From assembly GCA_002347965.1 (NCBI GenBank), contig DDYN01000032.1:14795-78794 (forward strand): DNA of 64,000 bases, in the 5' to 3' direction. A model generated the notes under the pieces. That model was not told the origin of the DNA. It did no database searches and saw nothing but the letters and a program-made list of their open reading frames with translations. Source of the DNA: Nitrospirae bacterium UBA2233. Its GTDB lineage: Bacteria; UBA2233. Both the position numbers and the translations under genes were made by a program. How positions within the stretch are numbered: the stretch's first letter is position 1; each line of letters starts with the position of its first letter. Shown in pieces: positions 1-9,871 of this stretch.

Positions 1-1
1 G

Positions 2-1816
2 GAAGGGCTTCTTTTGGGGGTGAACGCGGTTGAGGTGGCCGGGTTAGACCTTGCGAGACCGTGGCATGTGGGGACGATCGAGATCGAGGGGAACGTTGCC
101 TTTCCGAAAAAGAGCCTCAAGAAGGTGTTCCAGACAAAGTCGCAGAACAAATACCTGCCGTTCAAACATCCTCCAGCGTTCGATCCGGTCGTGTTTCTTG
201 CTGACCTAGGACAGCTAAAGCTTTTCTACGAGACCCACGGTTACTACGACGTCCGTATTCGCTACGACTTGGCGCCGGAGCCGGAAAAAGGGCGTGTCAA
301 CCCTATTGTCGTGCTAGAGGAGGGTTTGCCTGTACGCGTCTCCAAGATCTCGATCGATATTGCCGGCCAAAAGCGACAGGCGCTCCCCGGACAAGCCGGA
401 GTCCAGGCGGAAGAGCTACGCCCATTGCTACAAATCAGCGAAGGGGAGCCGTTTGACCAGCAAAAATACAAGGAAACGGAGGTTTCTCTTAGACGATGGT
501 TCTTAGAGAAGGGTTACGCCAGAGTTCGTATCGAGCGTAGGGCCGACGTCTACCTTCGTGACAAGAGCGCGATCGTCCGGTACTCAATACTGCCAGGGCC
601 CGTATGTTTCTTTGGGCATACGCGTATCCAGGGGCTTAAGCGAGTCGAGGAGGAGGTCGTAAGAAAAGAAATCGTATACCACCGAGGAGAAAGGTTCGCC
701 CTTTCGAAGCTTAGGCGTACCAGACAAAGGCTCCTCGATCTTCGGCTGTTCCAGATGGTTCGGTTCGAGCAGGATTCAAAGCGGTCAACACCGGGAGAAG
801 TGGTAGACCTAGGGCTCAAGGTAATCGAGAGGCCGCCAAGAGATTTGCGCTTAAGCCTTGGCTACTCTACGGAAGAAGGGGTCAGGACACAGGTCGGTTG
901 GGAGCATGTGAACTTTTTTGGCAGCGCCAGGAATGCTGCGCTTACCGCCGAATACTCCTCGCTTGTCAGAAAATTCAGCGGGAGGTTTCTTAACCCGCAT
1001 TTTCCGTTCTTTCGTTCGAGGGCCATCCTGGAATTCAGCCAGTATGACGACGACGAAGACACGTACATGCTTTATGCAACCCGGATATCCCCGAGGATTG
1101 AACACGATTTTCCCTACCATCTTACCGGGGTACTAGGCTACCGGGCGGAGTACGCAAGGCATACCGATGTCAACCCGCTTACGGAGGCGGCAATCGGCGG
1201 GCTAGATAGGAAAGGGATGATTTCCGGCCCATCCATAGGCCTTCGCTTCGATACGACCGACGACCCGCTAGACCCGAAGAAGGGAGGCGTGATCGGGCTG
1301 TATCTCGACTCTTCTCTTGGTTCGTTTGGAGGAGAATATACCTACTACCGCATACTCCTCGAAGGGAGGCGCTACCAAGGCATCGGGTTTCGCACGACGC
1401 TCGCCACCAGGCTCAAGGTCGGGCTTGCAGACCCGATCGGCTCGATCGAGTACTACCCCTTGTTCGAGCGCTTCTACGCCGGAGGCCAGTCCAGCGTCCG
1501 CGGTTTTGAGCGCAGAAGACTCGGGCCAATCGGACAGGCCAACGACCCTCTTGGGGGGTTGAGCCTCGTGGAAGGGTCGGTGGAGCTAAGAAGGCTGATT
1601 TTCGACGGCATTTCGGGAGCCACGTTCCTCGATTTCGGACAAGTCTCTATGAAACGTTTTGACCCTCCGTTTAACGGGCTGAAGCTTGCCGCCGGCGTTG
1701 GAGTGAGCTACAAATCGCCCATCGGCCCAGTCAGAGTCGACCTTGGCGTCCCGTTCGATGCCCCCGATGGCGACCGGGGCTGGCAGGTGTACTTCAGCAT
1801 TGGCCACATGTTTTAG
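2..1816 (+). CDS. tamA: Omp85/BamA-family outer membrane protein (TamA-like), probably 5'-truncated by the window edge
   Basis: POTRA-like repeats, FYAGGQSSVRGF loop-6 motif, YKSPIGPVRVDLG, C-terminal Phe. Frame is open back to position 2. Directly upstream of a TamB-like gene. Confidence 0.85.
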   Translation, partial: EGLLLGVNAVEVAGLDLARPWHVGTIEIEGNVAFPKKSLKKVFQTKSQNKYLPFKHPPAFDPVVFLADLGQLKLFYETHGYYDVRIRYDLAPEPEKGRVNPIVVLEEGLPVRVSKISIDIAGQKRQALPGQAGVQAEELRPLLQISEGEPFDQQKYKETEVSLRRWFLEKGYARVRIERRADVYLRDKSAIVRYSILPGPVCFFGHTRIQGLKRVEEEVVRKEIVYHRGERFALSKLRRTRQRLLDLRLFQMVRFEQDSKRSTPGEVVDLGLKVIERPPRDLRLSLGYSTEEGVRTQVGWEHVNFFGSARNAALTAEYSSLVRKFSGRFLNPHFPFFRSRAILEFSQYDDDEDTYMLYATRISPRIEHDFPYHLTGVLGYRAEYARHTDVNPLTEAAIGGLDRKGMISGPSIGLRFDTTDDPLDPKKGGVIGLYLDSSLGSFGGEYTYYRILLEGRRYQGIGFRTTLATRLKVGLADPIGSIEYYPLFERFYAGGQSSVRGFERRRLGPIGQANDPLGGLSLVEGSVELRRLIFDGISGATFLDFGQVSMKRFDPPFNGLKLAAGVGVSYKSPIGPVRVDLGVPFDAPDGDRGWQVYFSIGHMF

Positions 1817-1818
1817 GT

Positions 1819-4800
1819 ATGGTGAGGAAAGCCTTTCTTGTGCTTCGTTGGGTCGCTTTGGGCACCTTCGTTGTTTGTCTTCTGGTTGTTGGGACTGTCG
1901 CTTTCTTGCTGAAAACCGGCTATGGGAATGGGTTCGTTCTGCGGCTTGCCGAGGATGCGTTTAACCGGTCCTTCGAGGGCACGTTGCAAATCGGAAGGGT
2001 TGACTCGATCGGTCTATCAAAGCTCAAGGCCAGCAATGTTGTCCTGTTGCATCAAGGCCACAAAATTCTTTCCGTAAGGCGGCTTCAGGTTGACATCTCC
2101 CCTATGGCGTTGCTCGCCAAAAGAGTATGGATTCCCAAGCTCTTCCTCGACGGCGTACTGTTTGACCTTGCAAGAGATGAAAAGGGCCGGCCGGCCGTTG
2201 CACGGGCGTTTCGTTCTCGCAACCCCAAGCCTAAAGGTCCGCCGTCGGAATGGAAAGTGCGCATTGCAAGGTTTGAGGTGATAGATGGACGCTTTAAAGA
2301 CTCCGAGCTTTTTATGGACCAAACCCGCATTGTCGGGCATTTTGCGTTTTTCGGGGATGCTGTACGCGTGGATGTGTCCGACCTTTCCTCTCGACTCTTT
2401 TTTAAAAAGAAAGAGCACGCGATTCAAGCGGCGTTGACCTATTCGTATAAAGAGCGCATCCACACGCTGGCCCTGCTTCCTTCCAGCGTTGGCTTTGGGC
2501 GCTCTTTTTTGCGTCTTCATGGAAACATCCGGCTGGCTCCAGCGTTTCACATGGAGCTTGGACTGGCCTTTGAACATGCGTTTCTTCCCGATTTTAGGCA
2601 TCTTTTTGTGTTGCCAGGGGTTTCCATGGCACACCCGATAGAAGGAGGGCTAGGCTTTTTTGGCGACCTGCAAACATTTCGGGTGGCCTGGGGGCTTGTT
2701 TCTAAGGCAAGCAGGGTCTTTGGCACGCTAAGGGGCGATCTCAAGGGGAAAGAGCCGGAGCTCCTGGCCGATATTCGAGAACTTTCCCTTAGCTCCGAAG
2801 AGGTTCGCCTCCCTAAGGACATTGCATTTGCCTTAGCTGGCTCAGGATGGCTTAGAGTGCGGGGGCTCTCTGGCCTTCCTAAGGAGGGCCAGGCGGATGT
2901 TCATCTGACGCGGGCCAGCTTTCGAGGGGTTGAGGTTCAAGACGTGCACGTCAGGCTGAATCATTCGGGCGATACGCTCAGCATCGCCGCCTCGACAAAA
3001 GACTCCAGAGGAAAGGCCAGCCTGGAAGCCGACGTCAACCTTGCGGCTGAAGGCCCGTTTTCTGCGAGCTTTTCGTTCGACCAAGTCAACCCGAGCGCTT
3101 GGAAGGCGGGTTTGCCGTCCGGCAGGTTGTTCGGGAAGGGAAACATAAAGGGCGAGCTTGCCACGGCCCACGGCCCACGGCTTACCTTTGATTTCGACAT
3201 CTTTCCGCAATCTCGCGTCGAGAGTATGGCTAGAATCAAGGCGCGTGCCAAGGGCTCATGGGTAGCAGACAGGTTAGGGTTGGAGCTTGCGAGCGTGACA
3301 ATCGGCCCAAACGTGTTCTTGCTCAAAGGAGCCTTAGACCCGAAAAGCTTGGTCTACGCAGACCTTGCTTTTGAGCTTGACGCCAAGGACTTGAGCGCGC
3401 TTTCTAGTCCTCTTGGTATGCCTCTTCGAGGTGCCATGTACTCCAAGGGAACGTTGAAAAAGGAAGAAAAGCGATGGCTATCGAAAGGGGAGCTTTCTGG
3501 CGAAGCCCTGAGAGTTCGCACCTACGAGATCGGAAAGTTAGATGGGTCATGGGATGGGTTGCTTCAGGAAGGCCAGCCAACGGGCCGGTTTAGCGCGAGC
3601 ATCGAAGAGCTGCGGGCAGGAGTAGGGTTTCGTACCGTGCGAGTTCTCGTTACGGGTGCGCATACGCTGAACGTATCGTTGGACGCCACGGATACGCGCC
3701 TCGGGGGAACGTACGCCCTGAAGACAAGGGTCACGCCCGGGAAGAAGGCCTGGCGTGTGATGCTCGATTCTTTCCAGATTAAGGCCCCCAGGGCAAACTG
3801 GAGGCTCGCAAGGCCGGCCGAACTGACGGTCTTCTCCGCGGGGGGCGTTTCGGTAGGAAGGCTCGAGCTGACCGACGGAGGGCAGGCTATCTTTCTTGAA
3901 GGGGCCGTTGGTAATGAAAAAAGCAATTTGCGCCTCATGCTGTCCGGTGTCCAGCTGAACCCGCTATTTAGCCTCTTGAACCCGTCTTTTCAAGGCTTGG
4001 CGGCCGAGATGAACGGAAGGATCGAACTCTTGGGCAGCCGGCATGCGCCCGTTATTAGGGCAAAGGCGGCGTTTAAGGACGTTCGGCTGGGCAAGCGGAC
4101 CTACGGAACGCTCAACGTTGGTATGGCTTACGAGAACAACCTTGCAACCCTTGATGCCTCTTGGCCGTCCCAGAAAACGCGCGTGATTGTCTGGCAGCCC
4201 GCGGGAGTCTCGCTCGCCCGAGGGTTTCAGGTAAGCCTCCAAAAGGGCCGGCGTTTGGAGGCTCGCTCGGACGGACTCGCGCTCGGGCTCCTCGAGCCCT
4301 TCGTCGGGAGTACGCTGAGTTCCATCGCGGGGGTTGCCCAATTTCAGGTGGTTGTCGCTGGAGGAGGTACTGACGAGAAGTCTGTAAACGGGTCGTTTGC
4401 CATCCAGAATGGCTATGTCCGGGTGGAAAGGCTTGGGACCGAGGCTATTTTTGAGGAATTTCAAGTCCATTTTTTGGGAACGCGCGCTCGTGTGTCCGTC
4501 AAGGCCCACGATGTAGACGGCGGGCGGATCGCTCTAAGCGGCACATTCGGCCTTCAAGGGTTGCAGGCGGAAGGCCTGGATCTGCGTCTATCGGCGAAGA
4601 TGTTTTCTCTTGCCAGGGTGCCAAACTACCAGATTAAAGCGGATGCAGTCCTTGCGCTTCAAGGAGCCATACGGTCTCCATCGCTTTCCGGTGAGGTTGT
4701 CTTCCGAAAGAGCCTGCTCAACCCTAATCTTGGTCTCCTCTCAAAAAAGGGTATCACAAACGACACGACGGTCTATGTCCACGGAAAGGAAGAAGACGCC

Positions 4801-5586
4801 GCGCAAAAGACCAAACGTAGCCGTACAAACGCCTGGCTCAACCCTCTTAGCTCCTTACGCATGGACGTGCGCCTTCGAATTGCCGAAGATGTTTTGGTTC
4901 GGAGGACGGACGTTACCGCCAATCTTAGGGGAAACGTCCAAGTGCGCAAAGAACCAGAAGGCCCCGTAAAGCTCGAAGGCAGTATCGAGGTTGCGAGGGG
5001 CTGGCTGAACGTCTATTCAAAGAGGTTTACCATCGAACGCGCCAAGGCTACCTTTACGGAGGCTACGGGCCTGAACCCTCTTTTAGACATAATCAGCGTG
5101 TACACGACGAGTGAGTACGCAGTTTACGTCGTTGTTCGAGGTGAGGCCAAAATGCCTCAGGTCGAATTCAAAAGTATGCCCGAGCTTGACAAGACAGACA
5201 TCCTTTCTGTCCTGCTGTTCGGCAAGCCTCAAAGCGGCCTTGGGTCTACCGAGCAGGCATCTTTCCAGTCTCAAGCGGCCTCGGCCTCGGGCGGGATGAT
5301 TGCCAGCACGCTGCTCTCGGAGTTTCGTGAGGAACTCGGAGTGAGTGGCCTGGGGTTTCAAATAGAAGAGTTCAGCATGACGGACGATAACGGAGACGGC
5401 GGCAGGATAGGGCTTGGCCGCTACATCGGACCGAAAACCTACGTCCGGTTCTATCATAGCCTGAACTATCAAGAGGGTGAGGAGGTGGCTATAGATTACC
5501 ACCTGACGCCAAAATTGGGCGTAAGCGCCCACACGACCTCTCAAGGAACGAGCGGCGTCGATGTCTTTTTGCATACCCAGTATTGA
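1819..5586 (+). CDS. tamB: Translocation and assembly module TamB
   Basis: 1255 aa with N-terminal TM anchor and beta-rich body; DUF490-like C-terminus (DILSVLLFGK, GRYIGPKTYV). Starts 2 nt after tamA. Confidence 0.88.
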   Translation: MVRKAFLVLRWVALGTFVVCLLVVGTVAFLLKTGYGNGFVLRLAEDAFNRSFEGTLQIGRVDSIGLSKLKASNVVLLHQGHKILSVRRLQVDISPMALLAKRVWIPKLFLDGVLFDLARDEKGRPAVARAFRSRNPKPKGPPSEWKVRIARFEVIDGRFKDSELFMDQTRIVGHFAFFGDAVRVDVSDLSSRLFFKKKEHAIQAALTYSYKERIHTLALLPSSVGFGRSFLRLHGNIRLAPAFHMELGLAFEHAFLPDFRHLFVLPGVSMAHPIEGGLGFFGDLQTFRVAWGLVSKASRVFGTLRGDLKGKEPELLADIRELSLSSEEVRLPKDIAFALAGSGWLRVRGLSGLPKEGQADVHLTRASFRGVEVQDVHVRLNHSGDTLSIAASTKDSRGKASLEADVNLAAEGPFSASFSFDQVNPSAWKAGLPSGRLFGKGNIKGELATAHGPRLTFDFDIFPQSRVESMARIKARAKGSWVADRLGLELASVTIGPNVFLLKGALDPKSLVYADLAFELDAKDLSALSSPLGMPLRGAMYSKGTLKKEEKRWLSKGELSGEALRVRTYEIGKLDGSWDGLLQEGQPTGRFSASIEELRAGVGFRTVRVLVTGAHTLNVSLDATDTRLGGTYALKTRVTPGKKAWRVMLDSFQIKAPRANWRLARPAELTVFSAGGVSVGRLELTDGGQAIFLEGAVGNEKSNLRLMLSGVQLNPLFSLLNPSFQGLAAEMNGRIELLGSRHAPVIRAKAAFKDVRLGKRTYGTLNVGMAYENNLATLDASWPSQKTRVIVWQPAGVSLARGFQVSLQKGRRLEARSDGLALGLLEPFVGSTLSSIAGVAQFQVVVAGGGTDEKSVNGSFAIQNGYVRVERLGTEAIFEEFQVHFLGTRARVSVKAHDVDGGRIALSGTFGLQGLQAEGLDLRLSAKMFSLARVPNYQIKADAVLALQGAIRSPSLSGEVVFRKSLLNPNLGLLSKKGITNDTTVYVHGKEEDAAQKTKRSRTNAWLNPLSSLRMDVRLRIAEDVLVRRTDVTANLRGNVQVRKEPEGPVKLEGSIEVARGWLNVYSKRFTIERAKATFTEATGLNPLLDIISVYTTSEYAVYVVVRGEAKMPQVEFKSMPELDKTDILSVLLFGKPQSGLGSTEQASFQSQAASASGGMIASTLLSEFREELGVSGLGFQIEEFSMTDDNGDGGRIGLGRYIGPKTYVRFYHSLNYQEGEEVAIDYHLTPKLGVSAHTTSQGTSGVDVFLHTQY

Positions 5587-5603
5587 ATTCAGGGGGGTAT
5601 ACC

Positions 5604-6989
5604 GTGCCGCATTGGCTACGTTTTTCATCCTACGATAAAACGCTCATCCAAGTCGCCCTCGGTGCGCTCGGCCTTTTCTTGGTCGCGAGTATCGGCTACT
5701 TTTTCATTCGGCTTGCGCTCAAAAGGCTCGTCAAAAAAATGCCCGTCTTGGTGGATGAGCATATCTTGGCCCTTTCGGACCGCTTTCTGCTGCCGTTGGT
5801 CGTGCTTTTGCTGACCTACGCGTCTTTTGGGTTGCTTCCGATTGCAAGTGCATACAACAAAATAGGCTCTAAAGCGCTATTCGTCGTCATTGTCTTTTTT
5901 GGTGCGTGGTTTCTTTTCCAGGTCTACGGGTTTCTCCTTGGACGCGCCGTACAAAGAAGAGCCTGGCTTGAGCCTGTGTGGGGAAGCCTCCAGCTTTTTG
6001 GGGACGTCATGATCGGCATATCCGCGGCCTGGCTCATTGTCGCCAAAATTGTTCCTGAACGGGGGAGGCTTGGAAAAGGGCTCCATCGTTTGATCGAACT
6101 GCTTTTAACGAGAGGGGCGCGCGTCCTCCTCTTCCTGGCCCTTCTGTTTGTCGCCGTACAGTTCATTAGGATGGCGTGCAATCGGATGCGCATCCTCATG
6201 GAAGGGTTCGCCCCTACGATCGAGCGTCAGAAGCGTGCCCAAACGCTGAGTAACATCGTTTATGCCGTCGGGTTCGCACTGGTGTTGGTCATCGGCGTTC
6301 TTCTGGTTTTACGCGAGTTGGGGCTCGACATAGCCCCATTCTTGGCTACTGCGGGGATCGGCGGCCTGGCCGTCGGGTTTGGTGCGCAAAGCCTCGTAAA
6401 AGACGTCATCAGCGGATTTTTTGTTTTGCTCGAGGACCAGGTTCGCGTGGGTGACGTCGTGAATATCGCGGGTAAAGGCGGCTACGTGGAGTCCGTGGGC
6501 CTTAGGATTATAAAGCTACGTGATTTCGACGGTAGCCTCCATATCGTTCCGAACGGCTCTATTTCTACCGTAACGAACATGACGAAAGACTTTTCCTACT
6601 ATCTGATGACCGTACCAGTCGCCTACAAGGAAGACGTGGACGAAGTGATGGAAGTCTTAAGGACGGTGGGTAAAGAGCTTCGGCAAGATTCGGCCTTTGC
6701 AATGGACATTTTAGACGACCTGGAGGTTGTCGGCGTGGACAAATTCGGGGATTCCGCCGTGGAAATCCTCGTTCGCATCAAAACAATCCCTATCCGTCAG
6801 TGGGTCGTCGGAAGGGAGCTTAGGAGGCGCATCAAGAAAGCCTTCGACGCGCGCAACATCGAAATACCCTTCCCCCACATGACGCTCTATGTCGGCGAGC
6901 CCAAGGATGGGCCTCCTCAGCCTTTGCATGTTCATTGCGTCAACGAAAGGAACGGGGGAAGTGCTTCCGATGGGGAGGCTTCAGGCTAA
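5604..6989 (+). CDS. MscS-family mechanosensitive channel with extended N-terminal TM region
   Basis: GIGGLAVGFGAQSLVKDVISGFF, VGDVV, VPNG, IEIPFP motifs. GTG at 5604 follows a G-rich SD (alternative start TTG 5583). Confidence 0.88.
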   Translation: MPHWLRFSSYDKTLIQVALGALGLFLVASIGYFFIRLALKRLVKKMPVLVDEHILALSDRFLLPLVVLLLTYASFGLLPIASAYNKIGSKALFVVIVFFGAWFLFQVYGFLLGRAVQRRAWLEPVWGSLQLFGDVMIGISAAWLIVAKIVPERGRLGKGLHRLIELLLTRGARVLLFLALLFVAVQFIRMACNRMRILMEGFAPTIERQKRAQTLSNIVYAVGFALVLVIGVLLVLRELGLDIAPFLATAGIGGLAVGFGAQSLVKDVISGFFVLLEDQVRVGDVVNIAGKGGYVESVGLRIIKLRDFDGSLHIVPNGSISTVTNMTKDFSYYLMTVPVAYKEDVDEVMEVLRTVGKELRQDSAFAMDILDDLEVVGVDKFGDSAVEILVRIKTIPIRQWVVGRELRRRIKKAFDARNIEIPFPHMTLYVGEPKDGPPQPLHVHCVNERNGGSASDGEASG

Positions 6990-8535
6990 CGAGTACGTAT
7001 GCCGCGATCAGCAAAACCCAGCCCTCTCCAAAGCGGGCATAGAGCGTTTTACCGCTTTTTCCGACAGGGATGGACACCTCCGACGTCCAGGCTTTGAACA
7101 GCCCGGAGGCGTGCTGAATTTCTCCAGATGGCAGGATAAGCGCGGAGATTCCGGTGTTCGTCACCCGAACGAGCGGCACACGTAGGCTTGTAGCCAAATA
7201 AGAGGCGATCCGAAGGTGCTGGTATGGGGCGGATGTCTTGCCGAACCACGCATCGTTACTCAAGTTGACCAGTACATCGGCCCCTTGACTGACCATTTTC
7301 CTGGCGATTTCCGGAAAAATGGCCTCGTAGCACACGAGCGTCCCGATTGTGTGCCTACCGACCTTTAAGGGGTGAACCGTGCGACCGGGGGTGAAGTTGC
7401 CGACCTCGCCCACGAGCCTGCCGACGATGGGCACGGGGGCGTACTCGCCAAACGGGACGAGGTGTACCTTGTCGTAGGCGTCAACGAGCCTTCCAGTCCG
7501 ATCCAGAGCGATTACCCGGTTTCGGTAGTGCCACTCGCCCGAATGCTCGTCCAAGGCGGCGTCGATCGTGCCCGTGATAAGCGGTGAAGGAATGGGGAAG
7601 AGGCGTTCCAAAAAGTACCGGCGCGCAACTAAATCCGGCGTGAAGAAGAAAGACAGGGCCGTCTCTGGCCATACCGCCAAATCTGGCGGTTCATGAGCCT
7701 TTTGGAGCGCGGCATGCGTAAGGTTTACGTAGGTGTCGATGACGGAGAATTTCTTAGACTCGTCAAACTTGGAATCCTGGGGGATGTTGCCTTGTACCAG
7801 CAGCGCCCGGAGCGTTGCCTTAGGGGTCGCCGCCTCCTTGGCGAAAGAGAGCTTTTTGACGACCCCGAAACCGAAAGCGAGCGCTAGACAGGCTATGCCC
7901 GTCCAAACTGCCTTCAACACTCGTGCGGGCCTTTTCCTCGCGTGGAAAGCCCGCCATGCAGTGGCGCCTAGCAGCGCCAATAAAAAGCTTCCCAGCAATG
8001 GCCCTCCAAGCTCGCTGGCCTGCGCGAGCGTGGAGGCGGGGTCTAGGGCGTGGCCCAATAGGAGCCAGGGAAAACCTCCAAGGAGCCTCGAGCGGACGAG
8101 TTCGAGCACAACCCATACGCTTGCAAGCCAAAAGGCAGAAGGAGTTTTCTTGAACCTTAGGGCGTACAGGTGGGCAAAGAGCGAAAAAAGGCCGAAAAAC
8201 GCTCCTAGGTAGGCATAGAGCGGGATGACGATCGCGGCGCTTAACCACCAGCCAAACTGCCCGTATACGCTTACGGTGTACACCAGCCAGTGCATAAGCA
8301 GCACCTCTGAAACGACGCCAAGGCTCAATCCCCAGAGGAAGGCACGCTTTGGGGTCGGTGCCAACCTTGAGATCTCCAGCAGGCAAAAAACCCCAAGGAG
8401 CGCCGATGCAGAAAGCCCGTACGGAGGAAAGGCCAACCAAAACCCGACGCATCCCGAAGCAAGCGGAAGCCAAGGCAGCGCTATTTTTTCACTTCCCTCG
8501 GAAGCAAGGATGGCCTTGATTGTGTCTTCCATCAA
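6940..8535 (-). CDS. lnt: Apolipoprotein N-acyltransferase
   Basis: Nitrilase triad motifs WPET, YDKVHLVPFGEY and VCYEAIF; QGNIPQ, NDAWFG; N-terminal TM helices. Confidence 0.95.
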   Translation of the reverse strand: MMEDTIKAILASEGSEKIALPWLPLASGCVGFWLAFPPYGLSASALLGVFCLLEISRLAPTPKRAFLWGLSLGVVSEVLLMHWLVYTVSVYGQFGWWLSAAIVIPLYAYLGAFFGLFSLFAHLYALRFKKTPSAFWLASVWVVLELVRSRLLGGFPWLLLGHALDPASTLAQASELGGPLLGSFLLALLGATAWRAFHARKRPARVLKAVWTGIACLALAFGFGVVKKLSFAKEAATPKATLRALLVQGNIPQDSKFDESKKFSVIDTYVNLTHAALQKAHEPPDLAVWPETALSFFFTPDLVARRYFLERLFPIPSPLITGTIDAALDEHSGEWHYRNRVIALDRTGRLVDAYDKVHLVPFGEYAPVPIVGRLVGEVGNFTPGRTVHPLKVGRHTIGTLVCYEAIFPEIARKMVSQGADVLVNLSNDAWFGKTSAPYQHLRIASYLATSLRVPLVRVTNTGISALILPSGEIQHASGLFKAWTSEVSIPVGKSGKTLYARFGEGWVLLIAAYVLVSLKPPHRKHFPRSFR

Positions 8536-9374
8536 GAGCTCTGCGTAGGGGATACGGGCTCAATCCGGACTTTTACCGCTTTTCTTGGGTCGGCCTCGAG
8601 AACCAGAAAGCGGTACCCGGAGAGCTCGATCTTGTCCCCGGGTTTCGGGATTCTTCCTAGGTTGTGCACCAAAAGACCGTTAAGCGTTTCGACATCCTGG
8701 GGTTTTTCGAGGACTACCCCCGTCTCTTCCATCAGCTCTTCGAGCGAGATCCTTGCCAACACTTCGAACCCTCCTTTAGGGAGGCTGACGTAGTCCTTCT
8801 CTTCTTCCTCCTCTTGGGAAATAAGGAGGTCTCCAAAGAGCTCTTCCATGAGGTCGTGCACGGTTACGATCCCCACGGTAGACCCGAACTCGTCCACCAC
8901 GACGGCTAGAGTCGTCCTTTTTTCCTGGAAGGATTTCAGAAGCCCAAAAATGTGCTTTACCTCCGGGACTAGCAGGACAGGCCTTGCGATGCTTTCTACC
9001 GGCTCGTCCTTAGGAATGTTGAGGCCGTAGCGTTTTAGGATATCCTTTAGAAAGGCAACGCCCGTAATCTCGTCGAGCGTTTCGCGATACACGGGCAGCT
9101 TCGAGTACCCGCTGTCGATGCTCCGGTCGATAAACTCAACGAGCGAAGCGTGCCTTGTAACGGCGACAACCCTGTCCCTTGGGACCATGATCTCCCGAAC
9201 TTCCCTCTGCTCGAATTCCCCCAGGCGAATCGCCATCTCGCGAATTTCGCCATGGTCCAGCAGTGCCAGGATTCTCGGGTCAACGCCTCCTTCTTGACCT
9301 ACGTCAAACCCGTTGCTTGCCTCGTGGCTTGGTTTTTGTCCCTTAAGGCGCAAAAGAGTGCTTACGATACGCAT
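8532..9374 (-). CDS. corC: CorC/HlyC family CBS-domain Mg/Co homeostasis protein
   Basis: VREIMVPR, SGYSKLPVY, VVDEFGSTVGIVT, C-terminal CorC_HlyC domain; lies between ybeY and lnt. Confidence 0.85.
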   Translation of the reverse strand: MRIVSTLLRLKGQKPSHEASNGFDVGQEGGVDPRILALLDHGEIREMAIRLGEFEQREVREIMVPRDRVVAVTRHASLVEFIDRSIDSGYSKLPVYRETLDEITGVAFLKDILKRYGLNIPKDEPVESIARPVLLVPEVKHIFGLLKSFQEKRTTLAVVVDEFGSTVGIVTVHDLMEELFGDLLISQEEEEEKDYVSLPKGGFEVLARISLEELMEETGVVLEKPQDVETLNGLLVHNLGRIPKPGDKIELSGYRFLVLEADPRKAVKVRIEPVSPTQSS

Positions 9375-9871
9375 GGGTCGAAAATGCCTTCCAAAAGTTC
9401 CCAGTTTAGATGCGGATGGGTAGTTGCTAGCAGAAGACGCTCGAGCGTGCGCATCGTCATCTCTGCCGAAGCGCCCCGCGAGTGGTCATAACCGGCCAAG
9501 TGGAGGAGTCCGTGGACCCAGAGCCTCAAGACGACAGACTCGTAGGGGAGGTTCTTTTCCTTGGCACGCCGTAGGGCCCATTCTCCATTGAGGACGACAT
9601 CGCCCATGTTGCGGTCCTCCAGCCCATAACCAAAACTCAGGACATTCGTTGCGGCATCTGTATTCCGGTAGCGGGCATTGAGGGTTTGAGAGGTTTGATT
9701 GCCCACAAGCGCCAGGGCAACGCCGTACCCCTCAAAGCCCAAGGCGCTTAAGTGCCGCCTCATCGTAGCCTTGAATGGCCTGATATTCAGGTTTTGGCAG
9801 AGGTCCTTGCTTTCTGGTATTAGCGAGACGCAGACCCTCGGGTTTTGCACACTGTTTACGGACAAGCTCAT
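9362..9871 (-). CDS. ybeY: rRNA maturation endoribonuclease YbeY
   Basis: TNVLSF, GDVVL and the HGLLHLAGYDH metal motif. Start uncertain (9886, 9871 or 9763). Confidence 0.9.
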   Translation of the reverse strand: MSLSVNSVQNPRVCVSLIPESKDLCQNLNIRPFKATMRRHLSALGFEGYGVALALVGNQTSQTLNARYRNTDAATNVLSFGYGLEDRNMGDVVLNGEWALRRAKEKNLPYESVVLRLWVHGLLHLAGYDHSRGASAEMTMRTLERLLLATTHPHLNWELLEGIFDPCVS